NCBI GenBank assembly: GCA_045047115.1
Contig: JASFYR010000008.1
Span: 1-64,000 of the forward strand
Reading direction: 5' to 3'
Length of the DNA: 64,000 nucleotides
Origin: Sulfurospirillum sp.
Lineage (GTDB): Bacteria; Campylobacterota; Campylobacteria; Campylobacterales; Sulfurospirillaceae
Position numbers and translations under genes: made by a program. Every line of letters begins with the position of its first letter. Position 1 is the stretch's first letter. The notes under the pieces are model-generated. The model was not told the origin of the DNA. It made no database searches and was given only the letters and a program-made list of their open reading frames with translations. Positions 9,098-19,236 of the stretch are shown piece after piece.

Positions 9098-10396
9098 TTA
9101 TATCTTCCTTTTATCTATTACTCGCACGGCTTTGCCCATGCTTCGCTCTATGCTTCTTGGCTCTACGAGTTTGATTTTTGCATTTATATATAAGTTATTT
9201 AAAAGTTCACTCTGTATCTTCTTTTTAAGATTTTCCAGTGCCCCTATGCTATCCATCGGCATAGAGTCATTGACTTCAACCATGATTTCCAAGCTGTCAA
9301 GATAACCTTTTTTATCTGCTATAATTTGATAATTTAGTGTTATCTCCTCTATGTTTGAGAGTACATGTTCGACTTGAGATGGAAATACATTTACCCCGTT
9401 TACTATAAGCATATCATCAGCTCGTCCCATGACGCTTTTCATCCTTACATGTGTTCGTCCACATCTGCAAGGTGTCTGATCCAAGCTTGTTATATCGCCT
9501 GTTCTGTATCTGATGATAGGAAATGCCTGTTTTGTCAAAGAGGTGATGACAAGCTCGCCTTTTTCACCATAAGGTAAAACTTTACCTGTTTTTGAATCTA
9601 TGATTTCAGGATAGAAGTGATCTTCAAATATATGAAGTCCATTGTGCTCTTTGCAACTGTTTGAGACTCCCGGTCCTATGATTTCACTCATACCGTATAT
9701 CTCATAGTACTCTATGCCCCAAACTTTTGCCACCTCTTCTTTAAGTCCTTCACTTGTAGGCTCTGCCCCGAAGATCCCACATTTTAGTTTGAAATCTTTT
9801 TGGAGATCATATCCCTCTTTTTTTGCAATTTCAGCAAGATGAAGTGCAAATGACGGAGTAGAAGCCAATACGGTTGAGCTAAAATCTTTCATCAAAAGCA
9901 GTTGCCTGGAGGTAAAACCACCTGAGCTTGGAACAACTGCTGCACCTACTGTTTGAGCACCGTCATGAAGTCCTAAGCCCCCTGTAAAGAGTCCGTATCC
10001 ATAGGCATTGTGTACAGTATCCTCTGAGTTTACGCCACTCATCGTGTAACATCTTGCCATCACTTCATTCCATACATCCATATCGCTTTTGGTATATCCG
10101 ACGACTGTAGGTTTTCCTGTCGTTCCGCTTGAACTGTGGATTCGCACAACAGCGTCTTGTTCAACTGCAAAGAGTCCAAAAGGGTAGTTGTCTCTTAAGT
10201 CTTGCTTTTTTGTAAATGGCAGTTTTGATATATCGTGAATGGACTGTATATCTTCTGGCATCAATCTCAACTCATCAAATTTTTTCTTATAGAAAGGAAC
10301 TGCACCATAAACTCTAGCGATTGTCTCTTTTAGCCTTTTTGTCTGCAATTTCTCTAACTCATCACGAGGTAGAGTTTCGTCTTTTGACCATATCAT
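9098..10396 (-). CDS. paaK: Phenylacetate--CoA ligase family protein (copy 1)
   Basis: RIHSSSGTTGKPTVVGYT, HNAYGYGLFTGGLG, YGMSEIIGPGV, RYRTGD. Confidence 0.93.
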   Translation of the reverse strand: MIWSKDETLPRDELEKLQTKRLKETIARVYGAVPFYKKKFDELRLMPEDIQSIHDISKLPFTKKQDLRDNYPFGLFAVEQDAVVRIHSSSGTTGKPTVVGYTKSDMDVWNEVMARCYTMSGVNSEDTVHNAYGYGLFTGGLGLHDGAQTVGAAVVPSSGGFTSRQLLLMKDFSSTVLASTPSFALHLAEIAKKEGYDLQKDFKLKCGIFGAEPTSEGLKEEVAKVWGIEYYEIYGMSEIIGPGVSNSCKEHNGLHIFEDHFYPEIIDSKTGKVLPYGEKGELVITSLTKQAFPIIRYRTGDITSLDQTPCRCGRTHVRMKSVMGRADDMLIVNGVNVFPSQVEHVLSNIEEITLNYQIIADKKGYLDSLEIMVEVNDSMPMDSIGALENLKKKIQSELLNNLYINAKIKLVEPRSIERSMGKAVRVIDKRKI

Positions 10397-10930
10397 TTAT
10401 ATACTCCTACTGTCTTCTATCGCTTTGTAAAGTACAGCGATATTTTTATCTGCCATTTTTGCATTCATCACTCTTATGGCCTCTTCAATGTCACCTAAAT
10501 TAAAAGGAAAATTCGGATCTTTTGCAAGAGCAATCCCAAGCATATAGACATTTAAGGCTTGTATAGGTATTTCACCGTTTGTTGCTTTTTTAAATGCGTC
10601 TATTCTAACCGTTTTGTACTCTAAAGATGGAAATTTATCATCTGCATTTACAATGATAGTGCCACCATCTTTTTTAAGATACTGTATGTTCCTTAATCCC
10701 TCATTTCCCTCCAGTGCTATGAGTAGATCAGCTTGCCCCTCGTCTATGGCAGGAGAGTAAAAATTTCCAACTTTAACATAACAAGAGACCGAACCACCTC
10801 TTTGGCTCATACCATGGTTTTCTGTGCCTAAACATTTTTGGTCTTTCAATCCTGCTGCGATAGATAGAACTTTTACCAAAAATACAGCTCCTTGACCACC
10901 AATTCCTGCAATTACAACTTGATATTTCAT
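10397..10930 (-). CDS. iorB: Indolepyruvate:ferredoxin oxidoreductase beta subunit
   Basis: IAGIGGQG and ENHGMSQRGGSV motifs; start MKYQ at 10930 overlaps the iorA stop. Confidence 0.9.
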   Translation of the reverse strand: MKYQVVIAGIGGQGAVFLVKVLSIAAGLKDQKCLGTENHGMSQRGGSVSCYVKVGNFYSPAIDEGQADLLIALEGNEGLRNIQYLKKDGGTIIVNADDKFPSLEYKTVRIDAFKKATNGEIPIQALNVYMLGIALAKDPNFPFNLGDIEEAIRVMNAKMADKNIAVLYKAIEDSRSI

Positions 10931-12738
10931 TTCAATTTCCTTTCTATAAACGCATCTGTTGGGCATAAGTCCTCTATGCAGGCATCACATCCTATACATA
11001 AAAATGGATCTATCTCTATCTTATGATCTTCATTGTAGTGCATTGGCGGACATTTGTATTGGGTTGTACATATATCGCAGGCTACACATTTGTCAGGATC
11101 GACTGTTGCATAGATTCCCGGAAGCATCTGAGGAGCTCTCTCTTTATCAAGCACACAGAACTCTCTCATAATTACTACCAAAGGTCCGCTCGTATCTTCA
11201 AATTTTTTCTTTACCTCTTTCATAAAAGCTACACTCTCGTCTATATTTGGAGTATATATATGCTCCATGCACTCTGCTCCACAACCTTCGACTATGTGTT
11301 TCAAGTCTATGACTCCCGGGTTTGCACGCTCCGGTGTTGCCTGACGACCGGTCATGGCCGTTACGGAGTTGTCCATGATGACTAGTATAAAGTGGTGTTT
11401 TTGATATACGGCATTTATGAGCGGAGCAACACCGGAGTGAGTAAAGGTGCTATCACCGATACTTGCTATGACAGTTTTGCTTTTGTCAGCTATCGAAAAA
11501 CCACTAGCCATAGCAACACTAGCACCCATACATAAGACAGTGTCTATAGCACCTTGATTAAGTGCCAGAGTATAACATCCTATATCAGAAGGGTATATGG
11601 ATTTTTTCTTTTTAAATACTTTCATGATAGAGTAATAAACATCTCTGTGGGGACAACCCGGGCAAAGATTTGGAGGTCGGACAGGAAGTTCATCTTGAAA
11701 TTTTTTGTTTTGATATGGACTCTGTTTATCTGTAAGACCTACATTATTGAAGGCTCTTATGACTTTATCTTTCGAAAATTCATCTATCTTATGAACATCA
11801 TTTGTGAGTTTTCCGTGTAGTTTTGGAGAGCTTAACTGCTCTTCTATGCAAGGATAAGTCTCTTCAAATACTATAACGGTTTTATAGTTATCAAAGAGCT
11901 CCTCAAGCTCTTTTTTTGGTAAAGGATAAGGCATATCGAGTTTTAAAACATCTGCTTTAAGATTAAGCTCCTCTATAGCTTCTCTTACATATCCATCACC
12001 TGTTCCACTTGTCAAGCAGAGTGCTTCACTACCACTTAGCTCTTTGGCAAGGGGCTCTATAAAAGTTTCCCAGTTGTATTTGGCTATCGTATCTACTCTT
12101 TTTAACTGCTCCAACCCTTGGGCGAACCTTCCTCTTGGAGGAACTGCCGCCCATCTGCCTATATCTCTTTTAAATTCGCCGTTATTTGGCTTAAAATTTA
12201 CCTCATCATCAACTTCACAAATCTCTCTGGCATGTGAGACTCTCATCACGGGACGAAGCATCACGGGAATTTCAAACTTTTCTGAAAGATCAAGTGCGAT
12301 TTTGACCATATTATAAGCCTCTTGAGGAGTAGCAGGGTCAAAAACAGGAATTTTAGCAAATTTTGCAAAGCTTCTACTGTCTTGCTCGGTTTGAGAGGAA
12401 TGAAAACCGGGGTCATCTGCACTTACTAAGAGCATAGCACCAAGATGCCCTATGTAAGAGGCGCTCATCAAAGCATCACTTGCGACATTTAAACCAACTT
12501 GTTTAAGAGTTGTGCAAGTCCTTTTTCCAGCTATCGCTCCGGCATATGCTACTTCAAAACCAACCTTTTCATTTGTCGCCCATTGAGCATAGGTTGCACA
12601 ATCAAACTTTTTTGAAAATTTTTCAAAATTTCCTAGAATCTCACTAGAAGGTGTCCCAGGATATCCTGAGACCATATCCACATTTGCATGTATCAGACCT
12701 AAGGCAATCGCCTCATTTCCCATCAAGATTTGTTTCAT
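10927..12738 (-). CDS. iorA: Indolepyruvate:ferredoxin oxidoreductase alpha subunit
   Basis: GNEAIA, GYPGTPSSE, NEKV, KQVGLNVASD, SSQTEQD, RPPNLCPGCPHR, SDIGCY, TPP motif GDSTF...MDN; C-terminal 2x[4Fe-4S] ferredoxin. Confidence 0.93.
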   Translation of the reverse strand: MKQILMGNEAIALGLIHANVDMVSGYPGTPSSEILGNFEKFSKKFDCATYAQWATNEKVGFEVAYAGAIAGKRTCTTLKQVGLNVASDALMSASYIGHLGAMLLVSADDPGFHSSQTEQDSRSFAKFAKIPVFDPATPQEAYNMVKIALDLSEKFEIPVMLRPVMRVSHAREICEVDDEVNFKPNNGEFKRDIGRWAAVPPRGRFAQGLEQLKRVDTIAKYNWETFIEPLAKELSGSEALCLTSGTGDGYVREAIEELNLKADVLKLDMPYPLPKKELEELFDNYKTVIVFEETYPCIEEQLSSPKLHGKLTNDVHKIDEFSKDKVIRAFNNVGLTDKQSPYQNKKFQDELPVRPPNLCPGCPHRDVYYSIMKVFKKKKSIYPSDIGCYTLALNQGAIDTVLCMGASVAMASGFSIADKSKTVIASIGDSTFTHSGVAPLINAVYQKHHFILVIMDNSVTAMTGRQATPERANPGVIDLKHIVEGCGAECMEHIYTPNIDESVAFMKEVKKKFEDTSGPLVVIMREFCVLDKERAPQMLPGIYATVDPDKCVACDICTTQYKCPPMHYNEDHKIEIDPFLCIGCDACIEDLCPTDAFIERKLK

Positions 12739-12862
12739 ATCAACTCCCAAAATTATTAAATTTGATTATTATACTTTATCTTTGTTTAATCTTTTCTACA
12801 AGTAAAACTATTTTTAACTTAATTTTGCTACAATAACAAAATTTAATTTTAGGAGTTTTGGT

Positions 12863-14008
12863 ATGCTTAAGAAAATTGGTTTGAGTATGTTGGCATTTTT
12901 GTTTGTTTCTGGTTTTATGGTATTGAATGCCGGAACTATTAAGATAGGGGCTATCGTCTCTGCTACAGGTCCTGCTTCATTTTTGGGTGATCCGGAGCTT
13001 AAGACTCTGCAACACTATGTTAAAAAGATAAATGACGAGGGCGGAGTTGATGGTCAAAAGCTAGAGCTTATCGCTTATGATACAGGAGCTAGTCCAAAGA
13101 AAGCTGTTACTTTTGTTAAGAGACTTATAAGTCAAGACAGGGTTGTAGCTATCATCGGTCCTTCGACTACAGGTGAAACTATGGCTATCATCAAGTTTGT
13201 CCAAAGAGCTAAAATTCCTTTGATATCTATGGCGGGTGCTGTTGTGATTATAAATCCTGTTAAGAAGTATGTGTTTAAGATGGTTGCAACCGACAGGATG
13301 GCTTGCCAGAGAATCATGCAGGATTTACAGAAGAGAAAACTGACAAATCTGGCTTTGATCTCCGGAAGTGGCGGTTTTGGAAAATCTATGAGAAAACAGT
13401 GTAAAGATGTGGCACCAAGTTATGGCATAAAGATAGTTGCTGATGAGACTTATGGTAAAAAAGATTCAGATATGACAACTCAGCTACTTAAGATAAAAAA
13501 TAACAAGAAAGTGCAAGCTGTACTAAATCCGGGCTTTGGACAAGGGCCGGCGATTGTGACAAAAAATTATAGACAACTTAAGATAAAACAGCCACTTTAC
13601 CAATCTCACGGAGTAGCATCTAAAAAATTTATTGAGATTGCAGGAAAAGCGTCAAATGGAGTGAGGCTTGTAACACCTCCTGTTGTAGTTGCTGATAAAC
13701 TACCAAATTCAAATCCGGTCAAAAAAGTAGCACTTGCATATAAAAACGAGTATGAAAAGGCATTTCACACTCAAGTTGCAAGTTTTGGAGGGCATGCTTA
13801 CGATTCACTGTATGCGATAGTAACAGCCATAAAAGCCGAGCACTCGACTAATCCGCAAAAGATAAGAGATGGCATAGAAAATCTTAAAAATTTCCAAGGA
13901 GTTGATGGTGTGGTAAATATGAGCCCGACAGATCACTTGGGACTAGATACAAAAACGGGTATGGTTTTGCTTGATATAAAAAATGGTGATTGGGTTATCG
14001 TCAAATAG
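12863..14008 (+). CDS. Liv/HAAT-type ABC transporter substrate-binding protein
   Basis: Signal peptide; IKIGAIVSATGPASFLG, INDEGGVDGQKLEL, IIGPSTTG. Confidence 0.92.
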   Translation: MLKKIGLSMLAFLFVSGFMVLNAGTIKIGAIVSATGPASFLGDPELKTLQHYVKKINDEGGVDGQKLELIAYDTGASPKKAVTFVKRLISQDRVVAIIGPSTTGETMAIIKFVQRAKIPLISMAGAVVIINPVKKYVFKMVATDRMACQRIMQDLQKRKLTNLALISGSGGFGKSMRKQCKDVAPSYGIKIVADETYGKKDSDMTTQLLKIKNNKKVQAVLNPGFGQGPAIVTKNYRQLKIKQPLYQSHGVASKKFIEIAGKASNGVRLVTPPVVVADKLPNSNPVKKVALAYKNEYEKAFHTQVASFGGHAYDSLYAIVTAIKAEHSTNPQKIRDGIENLKNFQGVDGVVNMSPTDHLGLDTKTGMVLLDIKNGDWVIVK

Positions 14009-14878
14009 ATGAGCGAACTTTTCGGTTTTTTGCTCTCAGGTGTAACGGTTGGTTTTATATATGCACTTGTTGGTATAGGATTTACAGTTATATATAACAG
14101 TAGTGGTATCATAAACTTTTCACAAGGAGAGTTTGTGATGGCAGGAGGGATGTCCACGGTTTTTCTTTTAAAAGCCGGACTTCCTCTGGGTGTCTCTTTT
14201 ATCTTGGCTATCATGGTAACATCTATGATAGGAATCGTTTTATATAAACTTATATCTTTCTCAAAAGATAGCTCGCAGATTTCACTTATTATTTTGACTT
14301 TGGGTTTTGCTATCTTTTTAAGAGGTTTGGTTGAGGTTGTATTTGATAAGGAACTCCATACTATGCCGTCATTTGTCGGCGATGGCTCTTTTGATATGTT
14401 TGGAACTACTCTTACTTATCAATCTATACTTATCATGGTTGTTTCTATAGTGATAGTAACGCTTTTGTACTTTTTTTTCAAAAAGACAAAGACAGGGCTT
14501 GCGATGATAGCAGCTTCTATAAATGTAGATGCTGCAAGATTGATGGGCATAAATATTAAAAAAATTTTGATGATAAACTTTGCACTATCTGCTACCATAG
14601 CAGCTATCGGAGGAGTTCTTTTGACTCCTGTAACCTCTACAAATTATGAAATCGGTATTATGCTTGGACTCAAAGGTTTCGCAGCAGCTATCATAGGAGG
14701 ATTAAGCAATCCGTTTGGTGCAGTTGTCGGTGGTTTGGTGCTTGGTATTTTAGAGTCGCTAATAGCAGGTTATGTATCTAGCGAATATAAAGATGCAGTT
14801 GCATTTGTGGTGATGTTGGGAATTTTGTTTTTTATGCCCGGCGGAATTTTCGGCAACACGAAAGCACAGAGAGTATAG
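14009..14878 (+). CDS. livH: Liv-type ABC transporter permease (LivH-like)
   Basis: YALVGIGFTVIY...IINFSQGE, AARLMGIN, KGFAAAIIGG. Confidence 0.88.
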   Translation: MSELFGFLLSGVTVGFIYALVGIGFTVIYNSSGIINFSQGEFVMAGGMSTVFLLKAGLPLGVSFILAIMVTSMIGIVLYKLISFSKDSSQISLIILTLGFAIFLRGLVEVVFDKELHTMPSFVGDGSFDMFGTTLTYQSILIMVVSIVIVTLLYFFFKKTKTGLAMIAASINVDAARLMGINIKKILMINFALSATIAAIGGVLLTPVTSTNYEIGIMLGLKGFAAAIIGGLSNPFGAVVGGLVLGILESLIAGYVSSEYKDAVAFVVMLGILFFMPGGIFGNTKAQRV

Positions 14879-15829
14879 ATGTTTAAAAGATATAATATAA
14901 ATAGAGATATTCTTATCTTGAGTGCTATTTTGATTGTAGCACCATTTTTCTTTCCAAATGATTTTTACTACGAGATAGCCATAGTTTCACTTCTTAATGC
15001 TATGATTTGTATAGGGTTAAATATGCTTATGGGCTATGCCGGACAGGTGAGTTTGGGTCATGGTGCTTTTGCGGGACTTGGTGGGTATATAGCGGTAATT
15101 TTAGGCTCAAAATATGGAATCTCTCCGATATTTAGTATATTTATAGCTATAACTACTATGGCTCTGTTTGCTTTTGTGATTTCAAAACCTATCTTAAGGC
15201 TGAAAGGTCACTATCTTGCTATGGCAACTTTGGGAATAGGAATAATCATCAGTATAGTTTTGAATGTAGAGGATGAGTTAACCGGTGGAAGTGATGGTAT
15301 GAGCGTGGATAGTTTTACAATTTTTGGGTACGAGCTTGCAAATTCACTGCAGTGGTATATATTTTGTTCGGTTTTGCTTGTGCTCACTATTTGGATGTTT
15401 ACAAATCTTATAAACTCACCGTTTGGAAGAGTTTTAAGGTCGATTGAGGGAAGTGAAAAAGCAGCAAACAGTGTTGGCATAAATGTCTCTCACTATAAAA
15501 GTATAGTTTTTGTTATATCTGTAGTTATCGCAACTATTGCAGGCAGCCTTTATGCCTTTTTTTCAGGTTTTATATCTCCAGGTGAAGCAAGTTTTTCTCA
15601 CTCTATAGAACTTGTTGTTATGGTAGTGCTTGGGGGACTTGGGAGAATTTACGGTGCTATTATAGGAGCTGTTATCTTGACAGTACTTCCCCAGCTTTTA
15701 ACCTCATTTGAGGATTATCAAACTCTGATATATGGCTCTATCATAATCTTTGTTATGATTTTTATGCCTAAGGGTATGGTCTCTGTATTTGATAACATAA
15801 AAGGGAGTCTCTTTGCTCCAAATAAATAG
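14879..15829 (+). CDS. livM: Liv-type ABC transporter permease (LivM-like)
   Basis: GYAGQVSLGHGAF, LRLKGHYLAMATL, MVVLGGLG. Confidence 0.88.
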   Translation: MFKRYNINRDILILSAILIVAPFFFPNDFYYEIAIVSLLNAMICIGLNMLMGYAGQVSLGHGAFAGLGGYIAVILGSKYGISPIFSIFIAITTMALFAFVISKPILRLKGHYLAMATLGIGIIISIVLNVEDELTGGSDGMSVDSFTIFGYELANSLQWYIFCSVLLVLTIWMFTNLINSPFGRVLRSIEGSEKAANSVGINVSHYKSIVFVISVVIATIAGSLYAFFSGFISPGEASFSHSIELVVMVVLGGLGRIYGAIIGAVILTVLPQLLTSFEDYQTLIYGSIIIFVMIFMPKGMVSVFDNIKGSLFAPNK

Positions 15830-16574
15830 TGTAAGTAAACAATTTGGTGGTGTAAAAGCGGTCGATGATTTGAGTTTTAGAGTGAAAAAAGGGCATATTC
15901 ACTCTATCATAGGACCAAATGGAGCAGGTAAAACGACTCTGGTAAATATGATAACGGGTGTTTATAAACTAGATAGTGGAACCATATTTTTAGACGGAGC
16001 TGATATCACAAATATATCTACCGATAAACTGGTCTATAGGGGAGTTTGCAGAACTTTTCAAAATCTTGAGATTTGTGAAAATTTAACAGTTTTGGAAAAT
16101 GTACTATTGGGATTTGATAAGTATATGGATAAAAGTCTTTTGAAATCATGTTTTAGAGCAAAATCTATACTTGAAGATGAAAAGAGATATAAAGAGAGAG
16201 CTCTACATCTTTTGGGGCTTATAGGGTTGGAGGAGTTGGCTGAACAAAAAGCTGAAAACCTCTCCTACGGCATACTTAAAAAGCTTGAAATTGTAAGAGC
16301 ACTTGGTACTTCACCAGAGCTTATACTTCTTGATGAGCCAGTAGCCGGTCTTAATCCCAAAGAGACTAAAGAGGTTTCAGATTTAATTAAAACAGTAGTG
16401 GCAGATGAAGTTACAATCGTATTGGTTGAGCATGATATGAAGATGGTTATGCAAGTTTCAGATTATATTACAGTGATGAATTTTGGTAAGAAGTTAGCCC
16501 AGGGAACACCAAAGGAAATAGTAAACAATCCAGATGTTATAAGAGCATATCTAGGGAGTGGGGTAGTATGCTAA
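15813..16574 (+). CDS. livG: Liv-type ABC transporter ATPase (LivG-like)
   Basis: Walker A GPNGAGKT, RTFQN, LSYG, LLDEPVAG. Confidence 0.9.
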   Translation: MLQINSVSKQFGGVKAVDDLSFRVKKGHIHSIIGPNGAGKTTLVNMITGVYKLDSGTIFLDGADITNISTDKLVYRGVCRTFQNLEICENLTVLENVLLGFDKYMDKSLLKSCFRAKSILEDEKRYKERALHLLGLIGLEELAEQKAENLSYGILKKLEIVRALGTSPELILLDEPVAGLNPKETKEVSDLIKTVVADEVTIVLVEHDMKMVMQVSDYITVMNFGKKLAQGTPKEIVNNPDVIRAYLGSGVVC

Positions 16575-17269
16575 AAATAGATAATTTAAGTTGTAATTAC
16601 AAACAAATTATAGCATTGAGCGATGTCAGTTTGCATATAAACAGAGGTGAAATTGTCTCTTTGATAGGTGCAAATGGTGCCGGAAAAACTACTCTTTTAC
16701 GCGCTATAAGCGGGCTTTTAAGAGCAAAAAGTGGGAAGATATACTTTGAGGGAAATGATATTATCAAGTTGGAGTCGCATGATGTGGCAAAATTAGGTGT
16801 AGTACAAATTCCAGAGGGAAGAGGGCTCTTTTCCACACTCAGCGTTGAAGATAATCTCAGGCTTGGAGCTTATATGAGAAACGATGATATGATATATAAT
16901 GATATAGTTAAGATTTATGACAGATTTCCCATACTTAAAGAAAAATCCCAAGAGTATGCAGGTACACTCTCAGGTGGACAACAACAGATGGTGGCAGTCG
17001 GGAGAGCTTTGATGAGCAGACCTAAGCTTTTGCTTTTGGATGAGCCTAGCATGGGGTTGGCTCCAATCATAGTAGAGGAGATTTTTGAAGCTATTAAGAT
17101 TTTACGGAAAAACGGAACTACAATATTCATAGTCGAGCAAAATGCCTTTTTGGCTCTTAGTTTGAGTGATCGGGCATATGTGCTTGAAAACGGAAAAATA
17201 CTGATGAGTGGAAATTCTCTCGAACTTTTAAAGGATGAGAGGGTTAAAGAGGCGTATTTGGGAGCTTAG
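16568..17269 (+). CDS. livF: Liv-type ABC transporter ATPase (LivF-like)
   Basis: GANGAGKT, PEGR, LSGGQQQM, LLLDEPSMGLAP. Confidence 0.9.
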   Translation: MLKIDNLSCNYKQIIALSDVSLHINRGEIVSLIGANGAGKTTLLRAISGLLRAKSGKIYFEGNDIIKLESHDVAKLGVVQIPEGRGLFSTLSVEDNLRLGAYMRNDDMIYNDIVKIYDRFPILKEKSQEYAGTLSGGQQQMVAVGRALMSRPKLLLLDEPSMGLAPIIVEEIFEAIKILRKNGTTIFIVEQNAFLALSLSDRAYVLENGKILMSGNSLELLKDERVKEAYLGA

Positions 17270-17484
17270 TGTTCAAGAAACTTTTTTGTCTGTTTTATTT
17301 TGTTCATGTTTTCCAATATTTGCTGTTTCTCTCTTTTTGCTAAAACTGTTGCAGTTTGGACTAAAGACAAAGCCTCTTTAGCTTTATCTAAATCCTTGAA
17401 ATCTGGAATCTCATCCAATGCTATTGAGATTGCTTCCATATCTTCTTCTATAACTGCAATCTTGAGATTATTCACCCATGTCAT
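17266..17484 (-). CDS. Small conserved protein downstream of fliS (FliT-like position)
   Basis: 72-aa helical ORF overlapping the fliS end; position matches the flaG-fliD-fliS-orf operon of Campylobacterota. Confidence 0.7.
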   Translation of the reverse strand: MTWVNNLKIAVIEEDMEAISIALDEIPDFKDLDKAKEALSLVQTATVLAKREKQQILENMNKIKQTKKFLEH

Positions 17485-17848
17485 GACTTGTTTCTTCTCT
17501 CCACGCCGATAGTAACTCTTTTGTTACATGTAGAACTTCATCTATTTTTTTGCTGTCATTCTCTACATTTGCCAAGCTTAAGGTTTTAATTTGATGAAGA
17601 TACAAACCTGCAAGATAGTGTGAGACATTACCTTCATCGTAATTTATAGAGTCTATTAATTCAGAAAAAATTGCGATAGTTCTATTTAACCAGTAGGATT
17701 TCTTTTCTATATCTTTCATCTCAATAGCTCTTTTTGCAAGAGAAGAAAATCTTAAAATTCCCTCATAAAGCATCTCAATTAGTTTTTGTGGTGATTCTAT
17801 CGAAATATTATTTTGTGAATATGTTGCATATGCTAAATTTGGGCTCAT
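17468..17848 (-). CDS. fliS: Flagellin chaperone FliS
   Basis: AYATYSQN...SPQKLIEMLYEGIL...YLAGLY...LLSAW. Confidence 0.95.
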   Translation of the reverse strand: MSPNLAYATYSQNNISIESPQKLIEMLYEGILRFSSLAKRAIEMKDIEKKSYWLNRTIAIFSELIDSINYDEGNVSHYLAGLYLHQIKTLSLANVENDSKKIDEVLHVTKELLSAWREETSHDMGE

Positions 17849-17861
17849 AAGTTCCCCTTCC

Positions 17862-19232
17862 TTAATATTTTGTGCTAGTTGTAGCTTGGCTTATTTGCAT
17901 TGATAAAGATTGAAATGATGCATTTAATTTATTGATTATCGCATCATAAGCTATGAATTTTTTTGTTAAAATGTCATACTTGGAATTCAATTTTTCTGTT
18001 GCAGTTATTTTTTTTTCGCTTAAAGATGTTTTTTCATCTGTCAGTTGTGTATTAAACTGTGTTAAGAGACCAGTACGGGAATCTATATAGCCTGAAAGCA
18101 TATTGTTATAGTTTGTGAAGAAGCCGTTTGTATTGGTATCTCCTCTAAAATAATTTTCAACATCCGAGCTATTATTTTGCATTTTGGAATCAAAAACAGA
18201 ACTATCAAATTGTAAAAGACCGGCACTGTTTAGAGTGATTCCGTAATCTTCCAGGCTTCTGCCTTTTGAATCTATAGCAAAAAGCTCATTTCTTATGTCA
18301 TTTTTTAATGATTTGATTTGTGAAGAGCCTTGAAATGTTCCGGCTGCTTTAGTGCTGACATCATATTTTGTTGACTCATTTAAATTGTTCATCAAATCAT
18401 TATATTTATTGACAAAACTTTGCAAAGCACTACTTATGGTGCTACTGTCTTGTTTTATAGATACATTTGAGTTAACCACTTGGGTTGCCGTTATAGTTGC
18501 GCCAACCACCAGGTCATCAATTGTATTTGTTGATCTGGTGATTTGTACCCCATTAAATTTAGCATTAAGATCACCTGCTGGTTGTATGTTTGTAATTGCT
18601 AGGTTGGTATCATTTGTACTGATACTATCACTATTATTGTCAGTTGTTACAGTTATGGCGTTATTTGCTCCTGTATTTGTTGATTTTAAAACGAGCTTAT
18701 AGGGATCGACTCCTCCTACATTTAGTAAAGAAGCTGTTATTTTACCACTGGTTGCATCATATATTTTACTTTGAAATTCACTGATTGTTGTGCTGGATGT
18801 TACTTTGATATTGTAGGTATTTCCATCTATTGCAAGATGTATTGTATCGTCAGCAGTTGCAAAGGTATCTGTTGTTTTATTGAAAGCTTGGCTCTCATTG
18901 ATATCTCTTTTTGCTAAAGTTGTAACATCAAATGAAAAATTCTGTGGTTCTGTTCCGTCTTTAGCACTTACGGAAACTCCACTGTTTGAAGAAGTGACTG
19001 TTCTTTTGAGATAACTTGACTCGTCAGACAAAGTGCTTGTAGCAGACTTTAAGGATGCAGTCATAGTTGTAAGTATGGATAAATCATTTAATTCGGTTTT
19101 GTTTTGTGTGATTTGATTGTCAATCGGTTTTATGGTTGCATTCTCATCCACTTTTTTTAATTTATCAATCACATCATAGCTCAGTACACCCTGGCTTCCA
19201 ATTCCAAGTGAACTTATAGTAGAATTTGCCAT
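17862..19232 (-). CDS. fliD: Flagellar filament cap FliD
   Basis: ISSLGIGSQGVLSYDVIDKLK N-terminus; FVNKYNDL; C-terminal coiled coil; lies between flaG and fliS. Confidence 0.95.
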   Translation of the reverse strand: MANSTISSLGIGSQGVLSYDVIDKLKKVDENATIKPIDNQITQNKTELNDLSILTTMTASLKSATSTLSDESSYLKRTVTSSNSGVSVSAKDGTEPQNFSFDVTTLAKRDINESQAFNKTTDTFATADDTIHLAIDGNTYNIKVTSSTTISEFQSKIYDATSGKITASLLNVGGVDPYKLVLKSTNTGANNAITVTTDNNSDSISTNDTNLAITNIQPAGDLNAKFNGVQITRSTNTIDDLVVGATITATQVVNSNVSIKQDSSTISSALQSFVNKYNDLMNNLNESTKYDVSTKAAGTFQGSSQIKSLKNDIRNELFAIDSKGRSLEDYGITLNSAGLLQFDSSVFDSKMQNNSSDVENYFRGDTNTNGFFTNYNNMLSGYIDSRTGLLTQFNTQLTDEKTSLSEKKITATEKLNSKYDILTKKFIAYDAIINKLNASFQSLSMQISQATTSTKY

Positions 19233-19236
19233 CTGT

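Noticed and set aside
7359..10396. paaK duplication as an assembly artefact
   Set aside because: The copies differ at many amino acid and synonymous positions throughout.
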